A stretch of 64,000 bases of DNA from an uncultured Verrucomicrobia subdivision 3 bacterium (GTDB lineage: Bacteria; Verrucomicrobiota; Verrucomicrobiia; Limisphaerales; UBA11358), in assembly GCA_903820285.1 (NCBI GenBank), contig CAIJGS010000068.1:2214-66213 (forward strand). The letters are read 5' to 3'. The position numbers were made by a program, and so were the translations under genes. The notes below the pieces were generated by a model. That model ran no database searches. It was not told where the DNA came from and was given only the letters and a program-made list of their open reading frames with translations. This document shows, one piece after another, positions 38,048-48,447 of the stretch. Positions within the stretch are counted from its first letter, which is position 1. Every line of letters starts with the position of its first letter.

Positions 38048-39640
38048 ATGAAAAAATTGAAACTCATTTTAAATTTGCTGGCGACCGTCCTGTTGGGCGG
38101 CACCGTCCCGGCGGTGGCCGCCGCCGAACTGCACCTGATTCCCTGGCCGGCTCAGATCACGCAGCAGGACGGACAGTTTGCCGTGAACGAACAGACGGCC
38201 GTAGTTGCTGATCACGCTTTTGCCAGTGAAGCCGCCGGCTTGTCCGCCGCTCTGCATCTGACCAACACCGCTGCTGCGTCCAAAAACCGGATTGAACTGA
38301 CCACCCGGGGCGCGCATGGTCTGGCCGCAGAAGCCTATCAATTGGAAGTCAGCCCCGCCGGCATCACTATCCGCGCCGCTTCCCCGGCCGGTGCGTTCTA
38401 TGGCTGCCAAACCCTGCAGCAACTCATCGAGCCCCAGACCCGCACGGTTCCAGTCGTGAAGATTACCGATGCCCCGCGCTATGCCTGGCGCGGTTTCATG
38501 CTGGATGTCAGCCGCCATTACTTTGACCAGTCCACCATTTTGCGCGAAATCGACTGGATGGCCGGCTACAAACTCAACCGCCTGCACCTGCATCTGACCG
38601 ATGACCCCGCCTGGCGCTTGGAAATTCAAAAATATCCGGAACTGACCAGTACCGGCGCGCGGGGTAATTTTTCGGATTCCAACGCCCCGGCCGCTTACTT
38701 TACCCGCGCAGCCATGAGTCAGATTATTGCCTACGCGCAGGCACGGCATATTGTGGTGGTGCCGGAAATTGACATGCCCGGCCATGCCAGCGCCGCCACT
38801 CGCACCTTTCCGCAACTGGATGGTGGCGTCCACACCTTCAATCCCGGCCGCGAAGAAACCTATGACTTCCTTCAGAACGTGCTGCTGGATGTCATGGAAA
38901 CGTTTCCTTCCCCATGGATCCACCTCGGCGGTGACGAAGTGGATTGCAGTGTTTGGAAAACCGACCCCACTGTGGCCCAAAAACTCCAGGCCGATGGTTT
39001 GAACTCCCCCCAGCAGCTCGAACAAAGTTTTGTGCGCCGGATGGCTGGATACATTCACGACCATGGCCGCACACCGGTCGGTTGGGATGAGGTGGCCGCC
39101 GCCAAACCGGTAAAAGACACGCTGATATTCTGGTGGCGCCACGACCGGCCCGAGGTGCTCGCCTCGGCCCTGGCTGGTGGCTACAACGTCGTGCTTGCTC
39201 CGCGTGCCCCGTGCTATTTTGACTATCCTCAGGATCTTACTTACCCCGTTAAAGGCCGCAAGTTGTTCAATACGCTGGATGCAGTCTATCGCGGTCCTGA
39301 AATTCCCAAAACCATCACGCCCGCTCAGCGTCAGCACATCATCGGCGTGGAAGGCTGTCTCTGGACCGAGCGCATTACCACCACGTCCTATCTGGAATTC
39401 ATGACCATGCCGCGTCTGGCCGCCCTGTCCGAAATGGCCTGGACTACCGATGAAGCGCGCGATTTCGCCCGCTTTGATGGTTGCCTAAAACCTTTTCTGC
39501 AACAATACCGCGAAAACGGCATTCATTATTACGATGAAACCGATCCCGCCGGCTCCTTGCATGACGCGAATCAGTCCGCCACGCGATCGGCTCAGCGGGA
39601 AAAGCCGGCCCGCCCCGCATCCGCGATGGTCAATAATTGA
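38048..39640 (+). CDS. GH20 beta-N-acetylhexosaminidase
   Basis: Signal peptide from the internal Met (MKKLKLILNLL, ATG 38048). GH20 motifs RGFMLDVSRHY, HLHLTDD and the catalytic HLGGDEV. Confidence 0.9.
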   Translation: MKKLKLILNLLATVLLGGTVPAVAAAELHLIPWPAQITQQDGQFAVNEQTAVVADHAFASEAAGLSAALHLTNTAAASKNRIELTTRGAHGLAAEAYQLEVSPAGITIRAASPAGAFYGCQTLQQLIEPQTRTVPVVKITDAPRYAWRGFMLDVSRHYFDQSTILREIDWMAGYKLNRLHLHLTDDPAWRLEIQKYPELTSTGARGNFSDSNAPAAYFTRAAMSQIIAYAQARHIVVVPEIDMPGHASAATRTFPQLDGGVHTFNPGREETYDFLQNVLLDVMETFPSPWIHLGGDEVDCSVWKTDPTVAQKLQADGLNSPQQLEQSFVRRMAGYIHDHGRTPVGWDEVAAAKPVKDTLIFWWRHDRPEVLASALAGGYNVVLAPRAPCYFDYPQDLTYPVKGRKLFNTLDAVYRGPEIPKTITPAQRQHIIGVEGCLWTERITTTSYLEFMTMPRLAALSEMAWTTDEARDFARFDGCLKPFLQQYRENGIHYYDETDPAGSLHDANQSATRSAQREKPARPASAMVNN

Positions 39641-39728
39641 CCAGTACTCGGTAAAATCTGGCCCGGCCATTCGTCGCTCCGCCGGACTCGATCCAGTATG
39701 TGGAAACGCTGCCGCTGCCGGAAATATT

Positions 39729-42700
39729 TTAAGGCGAGGTGACGCGATAAAACCGCTGCAGATTCGTGGCCGCCGGATCGGCAAAATGAACCGTACCCGT
39801 ACCGAACACACCATTGGTCAGGGCCAGCCAGTTCGTCAGCGGCAGGGTCACGTTGGTACTTTCCAACACCCGGTAACTCTGGCCGCTCGGCCCGCTGAAA
39901 CTCAAATTGAATATGCCCGCCGTCAGCGTAGCGGAATTACTCAGCAACGGCGCGGTTGAAGTCGGTGCGGTATAGACCAGCACCAGCGAATTGCCATTGG
40001 TGCTTACACTAAACGTGCCGGTGATCGCATTGCGAAAACCGTTCATGTTCACATTAAACTTCGCCGGAGTGAAATCCGTCAGGCCGCCGCTGGCCACCGC
40101 CAGCGGCCACGCATACGAGTTGCCACTGGCAAAACCAGTCAGCGGACCGGAGGTGGCGTTTGTGTTCAACGAATTCAATTTGATGGTTACCGGGCTGCCG
40201 GTGCTGGCCGACACATTGAGCAAACCATTGATGATCAGTAAACTCAAGCCGGAACTATTCGTCGCATTGCTCACATTGAACTGGTATGTCCCGCCGCTGT
40301 TCCACGTCTCGCTGCCCGTGGTCAGCGTGCCCACTCCGCTGCCGCCGGGTGAAATCGTACCAGCCAAAGTCACCGGGCCGGTGATCGTTCCGGTGCCGCC
40401 CAGTGTTCCGGCTGCCGCCACCATGACGGCATTCGTACTCAGTGAACCATTCACCAGCAACGTTCCACCGTTCACCGCCGTTCCGCCCGAATAAATATTC
40501 GCATTGGCCAGCGTCCACGTACCGGTATCCTGCTTGATGAGACTGGCCAGCGGATAACTGGTTCCATCCGCAATCACCCCGGTGATATTGCCAGTGCCCG
40601 CCCCGCACAGCCGCAAATTGCGGGCGGAAGCATTGGGCGCCAGGCCGCCCGCCAGCGTGAGCGTTCCGCTGTTGGCGTAAATGTACGTGTCGCCGCCGCC
40701 ACTGGTCAGCGTGATCGGCCCGTCCAACTCATTGCTGCCTGCCTCATTGAAAATTGATCCGCTCGTGCAACTGGTCAGATAGCCGATGCCTGCCGGCAGC
40801 AGGATGTTTCCATTCGTGCCATTCAAGTGCAACGCCGGCTGGCCCACCGTGCCGTTGCTTAGCGTGATGATCTTGCTGCCGCTGCCGAGCGCGCTGCTGT
40901 TGTTGATCCACATTGACCCCGCCGTGACGGTTATATTGTTGGTGAAAATATTGGTGCCGCTCAAAACCATCGTGGCACCCGGCGCATTTTCCGTCAGCGC
41001 CCCGCTGCCGCCGATCGCCCCGCTGACCGTGAGCACCTGGTTGGAGGCCACCGTCCACGTCTGACTTGCTCCGATCGTCAATGGCACACCCACCGTTGCC
41101 GAAGCGTTTGCCGTAATGCCATTGGTAAGCGTCAAGGACCCGATCCCCGCCAGCGAATACGTTCCGCTGCTCACTGGATTAAAGGTCAGCCCATAGGCAA
41201 TATGCGAATTCAACAGCGTCACCTTTCCAGCCGTGCCGCCGGCCCCCAATACCGCCACGTACGGTGGGGAATCGCTCCAGCTCACGTCGCTGGTGCCTGT
41301 CCACCAGTAGCCAAAATCCCAATAGCCGGTGCCGTCTTGCGCGCCGGTGGTGCCGGTATTTGCATCCCAGATCGCATTCGGCGGCGCGTACGTAAACGAG
41401 GCCTGATACGTGTGGCCAAACGAAGCATTCACGCTGACCGATAGCACGATTTGCGGTGAGAGTTGAACCACCGTCACCCCGGGATCCGTGGAGATTGTGC
41501 TGGTGGCTGCGCGGTTTAGCGTCACGGTGATCGTGGTCTTGTTCGTCTGAGTGGGATCCGCTACGCCCACTGATATGCCTGAAAATGTTTCCAGCGTGAT
41601 CACCGAAGCCTTGCGATTGACGGTGATCAAGTCGGCGGTGTTGGTGCCATCCACCCAGAAGTTGGCGGCGACCACACCGAGGGTAGGTTTGCTGGCCGCC
41701 TGTATGGTGGCCGTGTTGGTGATTACCGCCATGTCTGGACTGGCCGCGTAGCTGCTCATGCTGCTGGCGGTTGCATTGGGCACCACCACATACGCGTAGG
41801 TTGCGTTAGTCGGCTTTAATCCATGGTTGTACCAGAGCTTCAAATAATCATCCGTATAAAGATTGGTGGCATAGCCCGTGTTGATCTGCGACCAGGAGCC
41901 GGTGTTTGTTACAAACGTCGCCTGCAGGTTTGTCGCGCCGCCGGGGAAATAATAGCCCGCCACCCCATCCAGCGCGCACCAGGTAGTGTTTGTAAGACTC
42001 GCGCTCCAACCCATTACCGGCCCATAGGCTGTTCCGTTCACGGTAAAATTGGACGTGGGGGAGGTGCCCAGCCGCCGGTTCTCCACCGTCGTATCTATTT
42101 CATAGCCGCCCCCGCAGGTGATCCCCGCGCCGAGACACACGATTTCATTATCCAGCATGAACCACGATTTTTTCCCCACCAATGAAGTCGCGTTCGCCGC
42201 TAGCGACATGCCGGCCAAACCATAGCTGCCAGCCACTTGCGCCCCGCCCACCCAGGTCTGGCCTGTTGTGGTCGCCTCGCCCACGGCATTCGTGCGGGCA
42301 AACACCTCCACCGTGGTTCCCGGCAAATGATAAGGATCCACCGTCGGCCAGTAATCACCCGTAAACTGCGTGTCCGTGCCGCCCAAATACAGATAAGTCA
42401 TGCCATCACCCGTAAACCAGCCATGCAAGTTCTCGTTGTTGATAGACTCGTAGTTCGCAATGCGGCTCGACGACATGCTCAGCCCCAGACCGAAACCCGC
42501 CCGCAGCGCCACCACGCGATCCATGCTCGCAAACTGATATTGCCCCGGCCCGACTTGCGGCGAATTTGCCCAATTGGTGAACGCCGCCGCCGTGGCTGCC
42601 GGCGCAAAATTCGCAATGGATCGCACCGAGGCAATCACCCCGCCGCCATCCGAGAATTCCGTTTCCGACGACCGCGAAATGGCCCGCCCGCGCATCATGT

Positions 42701-43604
42701 CCATCATCGCCCCGTTGTAAATTACCGGCTCAAACGAACTCGTCACCCAGTTGTAAACATTCGTGAGATTGGGATCGGTGATCTGCCATGTTGAACCATT
42801 CAGCAAATTTACCAGCTGTGCCACATCGCTCAGCAGCACGTTTCCGTAAGTGCCTGTGTAGGCGATGACGCTGTGCTGCACAAACGAGCCGTCCCGGTAA
42901 AACCCGTCGCTGTTCGTCACATACGGAAACACCGGACTCAGATTCGTCTGGCCCAGACCCATCTTCGTGCTGTTTTTGCCAATGATGGCCCGCAGTAGCA
43001 CCACCTTGCACTTGTCGGTCAGGTTCGCACCCGTGTCCCAGCTTTTGGTCGGTGGGCTGAAATGATCCACCGAATTGTCGTAATTGGTAAGCTCCGTCGC
43101 GGTCAGGGCGGAATACATCAGTACCACCGCATTATTGAATTGCTGGGGCCCGCCGATTTCCCAATCCCACCAGTTGTCATATTCGCTGGCCGTCGCGGTG
43201 TAGGCATTGGCCGCCAGCCAGTCCATCCCGGAGGCAATGTCATTGGCCAGGCTGGAGTTGCCTTGCAGGGAGCAACCCGGCGAGGCCCAGGCCAGCGCCA
43301 TCTGTTCCAACCGGCTGAAACTGGAGGTGAGGTTCGCCGAGGTGCCACCCAGGGGCAGATCGCTCCACAGGTTGGTACGGGAGGAATTGGTATTCAGCGT
43401 GCTCCAGTAAGTATTGGCCGTGCTGGCCCGGCTGGTAAGGGTGGAACTGCTGATATTGGTACCCGTCAACTGGTTCTGCCAGTAGAGCCGCAGGGTGTCA
43501 TACTGATCCGCCCGCGCGCTGCCTGTCAGCATGACTGCCATTATGAATAACCCGCAAATGACCGCCCAGACTGGCGGCAGTTTTTCCAAACGGTGTGGCA
43601 TCAT
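39729..43604 (-). CDS. PL8-family polysaccharide lyase fused to PATR beta-strand repeats and a conserved C-terminal module
   Basis: 1291 aa with a signal peptide. PL8 signatures NWWDWEIGGP and DGSFVQHSVIAYTGTYGNVLL. The C-terminal half has repeats of the G.LTL.G.N.YSGGT.VNGGTL type. Terminal motif LESTNVTLPLTNW...FYRV. Confidence 0.82.
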   Translation of the reverse strand: MMPHRLEKLPPVWAVICGLFIMAVMLTGSARADQYDTLRLYWQNQLTGTNISSSTLTSRASTANTYWSTLNTNSSRTNLWSDLPLGGTSANLTSSFSRLEQMALAWASPGCSLQGNSSLANDIASGMDWLAANAYTATASEYDNWWDWEIGGPQQFNNAVVLMYSALTATELTNYDNSVDHFSPPTKSWDTGANLTDKCKVVLLRAIIGKNSTKMGLGQTNLSPVFPYVTNSDGFYRDGSFVQHSVIAYTGTYGNVLLSDVAQLVNLLNGSTWQITDPNLTNVYNWVTSSFEPVIYNGAMMDMMRGRAISRSSETEFSDGGGVIASVRSIANFAPAATAAAFTNWANSPQVGPGQYQFASMDRVVALRAGFGLGLSMSSSRIANYESINNENLHGWFTGDGMTYLYLGGTDTQFTGDYWPTVDPYHLPGTTVEVFARTNAVGEATTTGQTWVGGAQVAGSYGLAGMSLAANATSLVGKKSWFMLDNEIVCLGAGITCGGGYEIDTTVENRRLGTSPTSNFTVNGTAYGPVMGWSASLTNTTWCALDGVAGYYFPGGATNLQATFVTNTGSWSQINTGYATNLYTDDYLKLWYNHGLKPTNATYAYVVVPNATASSMSSYAASPDMAVITNTATIQAASKPTLGVVAANFWVDGTNTADLITVNRKASVITLETFSGISVGVADPTQTNKTTITVTLNRAATSTISTDPGVTVVQLSPQIVLSVSVNASFGHTYQASFTYAPPNAIWDANTGTTGAQDGTGYWDFGYWWTGTSDVSWSDSPPYVAVLGAGGTAGKVTLLNSHIAYGLTFNPVSSGTYSLAGIGSLTLTNGITANASATVGVPLTIGASQTWTVASNQVLTVSGAIGGSGALTENAPGATMVLSGTNIFTNNITVTAGSMWINNSSALGSGSKIITLSNGTVGQPALHLNGTNGNILLPAGIGYLTSCTSGSIFNEAGSNELDGPITLTSGGGDTYIYANSGTLTLAGGLAPNASARNLRLCGAGTGNITGVIADGTSYPLASLIKQDTGTWTLANANIYSGGTAVNGGTLLVNGSLSTNAVMVAAAGTLGGTGTITGPVTLAGTISPGGSGVGTLTTGSETWNSGGTYQFNVSNATNSSGLSLLIINGLLNVSASTGSPVTIKLNSLNTNATSGPLTGFASGNSYAWPLAVASGGLTDFTPAKFNVNMNGFRNAITGTFSVSTNGNSLVLVYTAPTSTAPLLSNSATLTAGIFNLSFSGPSGQSYRVLESTNVTLPLTNWLALTNGVFGTGTVHFADPAATNLQRFYRVTSP

Positions 43605-43653
43605 TCAATTCAAGTCGGTTAACGGGTTAAGATAACCCCAAACCGCGCCATTC

Positions 43654-43732
43654 TCTAGGGCATGTTTGTGCTCCGGCGGTCGTTGATGGCATTGGCCGCT
43701 GCGGTTCGGTCGGAGCATCTTTATGCCCTAGA
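43654..43732. promoter_or_regulatory. inverted-repeat element (copy 2) in the PL8/pseudopilin divergent intergenic region
   Basis: tctagggcat (43654..43663) pairs with atgccctaga (43723..43732), with inner arms gtgctccg and cggagcat. Contains the 17-mer gagcatctttatgccct (43713..43729). Confidence 0.4.
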
Positions 43733-43792
43733 TGGAATTTCCGGAGGTTGTTAGAGTCAGTTAGAAATCAGGACGGGATTTGTTCCGCGTGA

Positions 43793-44641
<849 letters not shown>

Positions 44642-44755
44642 ACTCGGCTGAACTGAAATCGAAAAACAAACGAATATTATCCTGACTGCTGACGACGCAA
44701 TTACCCGACCCTGTCACCGCCCCCAATAATCACCCTGTAATCTCAGATCACCACC

Positions 44756-47700
44756 ATGAAAATAAATCCCAAAAATATGAATAAACCCCTGCGGTCTCCC
44801 CGGCCGGGTTCGCTGAATCCCGGTCTGTCCGGGCTTGCCCTGCTGCTGCTTTCCACCGCCGCGCTCTCCGCCGCCACCAGCACTTGGAATGGCGGCAGCG
44901 CCACGGGCGCCTATTGGAGTGACGCCGCCAACTGGGGCGGCACGGCCGAGGCCAGCGGCAATGCCCTGACGTTCGGCGGCACCGCCCGGCAGACTAATAC
45001 CAACGACCTTACCGCGTTGAACGTGGGCATCATCAACATGTCCTCCGTTGGTTGGAATATCACCGGCAATGCCGTGACCAATACGAGCGGGATCATGACC
45101 AACAACGTCACTGGCACGGCCACCTGGGGGTTGAATACGACGCTGAATGCCGGCATCGCCCTGTCGCAAAGCGGCACCGGTGACATTTTGAATTTTACCG
45201 GCGTGTTGTCTGGGACGGGTGGTTTTGCCAAGGCGGCCGGCGCGGCCGGCCAGGGTGCGGCTTATCTGGTCAACACCAACAACAGCTTCACCGGCCAGGT
45301 GAATGACCGCACGGGCAATCTCTATTTTTACAGCCTCGCCCCGGGCGGCCAGAACAGTTCTCTGGGTGCCGGTACCAGCGACATTCTTATTGGCTACGGC
45401 AGTACCAGCTATGCCGCCGGCCTGACCTATTTGGGCACCAACAACGGCGTGACGGACCGCAACTTGAGCTTCGCCAACAGCTCCACGGCCAACATTGTTT
45501 TCAACAACAGCAGTCCGAACAACTCCAGCCTGGCCTTTAATGGCACGGTCAACAAGTTTCCCGGACCGGGTTTATTTACCGCCGCCTTCGGTGGCACCTC
45601 CACCGGTACCAACGTGTTTAACGGCACCTTGGGGGCGAGCTATTTTGGTGCGGCCATGTCCATCACCGGCCCCGGTACCTGGGCCTTCAATAACCTGATT
45701 TATCTGACCGGCACCCTCAAGGTGACCAACACGGCGCATGTGGTGCTGGGCTATAACGCCACCTATCCGTACTCCACGGTGTTGTTTCCGACCATGACCT
45801 TTAATTCCGGCGCTACGCTGGATGTCAGCTCCTATGACACGAATGGCAGCGCCTTTGTGCTCGGTGAATATGCTTCCTACGGCTATCCGCAAACCCTGAT
45901 CGCCGGCCGCACCAACGGCGCGGCCACGGATATCAACGGCAGCCTGAGTCTGGCCGCGACCGCCGCCGGCGGAGCGACGTTGAAAGTGGCTGGTGCCAGC
46001 ATCCCCGGCACCCTGACCATCAGCAGCAACTTCATCCCCGCCTCCGGCACCATCGCTTTGGATCTGGCGACCAATACCACGATCGGTTTGCAAACCAACG
46101 ACCTCATCCTGGTTGGCGGCAACCTGGATCTGAGTCAGGGCACCGCCATCGTGGCCGTCAACGCGCTGAAAGGCTCGGTCCTGACCAACACTCCCTATAC
46201 GATTATCTCTTACAGTGGTTCACTCATCGGCAGCGCTGCCGGCCTGAGCGTGTCTTCGCCTTCCCGCGCGTATCTGCCGGGTACTGTTTCCACCGCCACC
46301 CCCGGCCTCGTGCAGGTGACGTTCTATCCCAGCGGTCAGAACAACGCCAGCCTCGTCTGGCAGGGCAACAACGGCGCCAATTGGGATGTGGATACCACGG
46401 CCAACTGGCTGAACGGCGCCAGCAGTGATTACTTCTTCGGCGGCGACAATGTTGTGTTCAATGACACCGCCAGCACCTTCGGCATCAATCTGGTCGGCAG
46501 TGTCACGCCCCTCACGATGACCGTCTCGAACAACGTCAATAATTACACCATTGCCACCTCCGGCGGCGGTTCCATCGGCAGCGGTTCCCTTGTCAAACAG
46601 GGCGCGGCCGAGCTGACGGTCAGTTCCGCCAACCTCTACTCCGGTGGCACGGTTATCAGTGGCGGTACGGTTTCCGCCGGCAATGCCACCGCCCTCGGCA
46701 GCGGTGGGGTCACCTTGGGTGATGCCAATACCAAAACCGGCGACGTCGGCTTGCTGCTGAGTGGCGGCATCACCCTGGCCAATGCCGTTAACCTCACGGC
46801 CAATGGCACCGGTGCCGCGCTGATCGGTTTGGAAAGCGGCGGCAATGCCACCATCAGCGGCCCCATTACGTTGCAACGCAATCTCATCCTCACCAACTCC
46901 AGCACCACCGCCCAGCTTCTCGTCAATGGCGGCATCACCGGCACCGGCAACGTCACGGTTACCGGCGGCGGCAACTTTCCCACCGGCGGCTACGTTAAAT
47001 GGAACACGGGGGCGGCCAACTTCACCGGCAATATCAACATTACCGGCGCGGGCACGATGTTGGATATCAACGTCGCCGTTTCCACCAACGTGAATCTCTT
47101 CGTGGATGCCGGCGCTTATCTGGGCGATGTCAACAGCCCCACCATCAACAGCCTTACCGGCAGCGGCACCATTGAACCCGGCCCGGGCGCCGCGTATGCG
47201 ACCACCCTGTATATCGGCAGCGCCGGCGGTTCCGGCACCTTTAATGGAACGTTTACCAACAATGCGTTGGGTTATTCCTGCAATATCGTCATGAACGGTA
47301 ATGGCACCGAGACGCTCACCGGCGATAACAGCCTGTCGGGTGGCGTGACCACCGTCAGCGTCGGCACGCTGATCGTGGCCAATACCACCGGTTACGGCCT
47401 CGGCACCGGCAATGTGAATATTAGTTCCAATGCCACGCTGGTGATTGATAACTCCGGCGGCTATGGCTCCGGCAACGGCGTCATTTCGGTTGCCGCCACC
47501 GGCACTCTCTGCGGCACCGGCTCGGTATACTCCGCCACCCATACCTTGCAAGTTAGTGGTACCCTCGCGGTGGGCAACCCCGGCCACACTGCGGCCACCT
47601 CCTTCACCGTCACCAACTCCGGCATCACCTTTAACTCGGGCAGCACCCTCAGCGTGGCGCTATTCACCGGCGCCGGCGCCGGTGATAACACGGCCACCGC

Positions 47701-48202
47701 GAGCGCGGCGGACATCCTGAATGCCCAAGCCACGGTCACCATCAATACCAATGCCACCCTTACCGTGACCAACCCCAATAACCTGACCGGCTGGCACATT
47801 GGTGATGCCTGGAAGATTATCAGTTGGAACACCGCTCCCACCAACGCGTTTGCCAATCTGAATCTGCCCGCGTTGCCCGGCACCATGATGTGGAGCGTCA
47901 CCAACCTCTACACGACCGGTGTTATTGCGGTGGTGGCGAACGTGCCGACCGACCCGACCCTCCCCGCGAGCATTCTGGGCGTAACGGTAACCAGCGACGG
48001 GATCGTCTTCAACGGCACCAATCGCAATGGTGGCAGCAGCTTCCATTATGCCGTGCTGACCTCGACCAACCTGAGCATCCCGCTCACCAATTGGACCGTC
48101 CTCTCCACCAACTCGTTTAATGCAGACGGCACTTTCCGGTACACGAATGCAATCAACCCGGCCAAGCCGGCCGCCTTCTTCAATGTGAAAGCGGTCCAAT
48201 AA
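44756..48202 (+). CDS. giant secreted autotransporter-associated beta-strand repeat (PATR) protein
   Basis: 1148 aa with a signal peptide and G/T/N/S-rich beta-helix-type repeats (LVKQGAAELTVSSANLYSGGTVISGGTVSAGN). Shares the C-terminal module LTSTNLSIPLTNW...FFNV with the PL8 protein. Confidence 0.8.
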   Translation: MKINPKNMNKPLRSPRPGSLNPGLSGLALLLLSTAALSAATSTWNGGSATGAYWSDAANWGGTAEASGNALTFGGTARQTNTNDLTALNVGIINMSSVGWNITGNAVTNTSGIMTNNVTGTATWGLNTTLNAGIALSQSGTGDILNFTGVLSGTGGFAKAAGAAGQGAAYLVNTNNSFTGQVNDRTGNLYFYSLAPGGQNSSLGAGTSDILIGYGSTSYAAGLTYLGTNNGVTDRNLSFANSSTANIVFNNSSPNNSSLAFNGTVNKFPGPGLFTAAFGGTSTGTNVFNGTLGASYFGAAMSITGPGTWAFNNLIYLTGTLKVTNTAHVVLGYNATYPYSTVLFPTMTFNSGATLDVSSYDTNGSAFVLGEYASYGYPQTLIAGRTNGAATDINGSLSLAATAAGGATLKVAGASIPGTLTISSNFIPASGTIALDLATNTTIGLQTNDLILVGGNLDLSQGTAIVAVNALKGSVLTNTPYTIISYSGSLIGSAAGLSVSSPSRAYLPGTVSTATPGLVQVTFYPSGQNNASLVWQGNNGANWDVDTTANWLNGASSDYFFGGDNVVFNDTASTFGINLVGSVTPLTMTVSNNVNNYTIATSGGGSIGSGSLVKQGAAELTVSSANLYSGGTVISGGTVSAGNATALGSGGVTLGDANTKTGDVGLLLSGGITLANAVNLTANGTGAALIGLESGGNATISGPITLQRNLILTNSSTTAQLLVNGGITGTGNVTVTGGGNFPTGGYVKWNTGAANFTGNINITGAGTMLDINVAVSTNVNLFVDAGAYLGDVNSPTINSLTGSGTIEPGPGAAYATTLYIGSAGGSGTFNGTFTNNALGYSCNIVMNGNGTETLTGDNSLSGGVTTVSVGTLIVANTTGYGLGTGNVNISSNATLVIDNSGGYGSGNGVISVAATGTLCGTGSVYSATHTLQVSGTLAVGNPGHTAATSFTVTNSGITFNSGSTLSVALFTGAGAGDNTATASAADILNAQATVTINTNATLTVTNPNNLTGWHIGDAWKIISWNTAPTNAFANLNLPALPGTMMWSVTNLYTTGVIAVVANVPTDPTLPASILGVTVTSDGIVFNGTNRNGGSSFHYAVLTSTNLSIPLTNWTVLSTNSFNADGTFRYTNAINPAKPAAFFNVKAVQ

Positions 48203-48223
48203 AACCGCCTTCCATCTCGCAAC

Positions 48224-48257
48224 GCAGCCGGAGATTCATTTCTCCGGCTGCTTTTTT
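48224..48257 (+). terminator. intrinsic terminator after the PATR gene
   Basis: gcagccggaga (48224..48234), loop, tctccggctgc (48241..48251), followed by tttttt. Confidence 0.75.
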
Positions 48258-48277
48258 GTGGGGATGACTCCTCGTCC

Positions 48278-48302
48278 CGGAGCGCAGAGCATCTGCTCTG
48301 CG
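48278..48302 (-). repeat. short hairpin element ending in GCGCTCCG
   Basis: The minus strand reads gcagagc-agat-gctctgc-gctccg. Confidence 0.5.
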
Positions 48303-48447
48303 AGTTTCTTTCCGCAGGGCATGAAGAGGTGCAATGCGCCTGGCCGGGCGGTCCATCGCCCGAAACGCTCGTAGCGTAGTCTTTCCAGTCTGCGGGTTCG
48401 GGCGACTTTCCAGTCGCCCGGTCCACCCAAACTCTGTCCGCCTCAAA

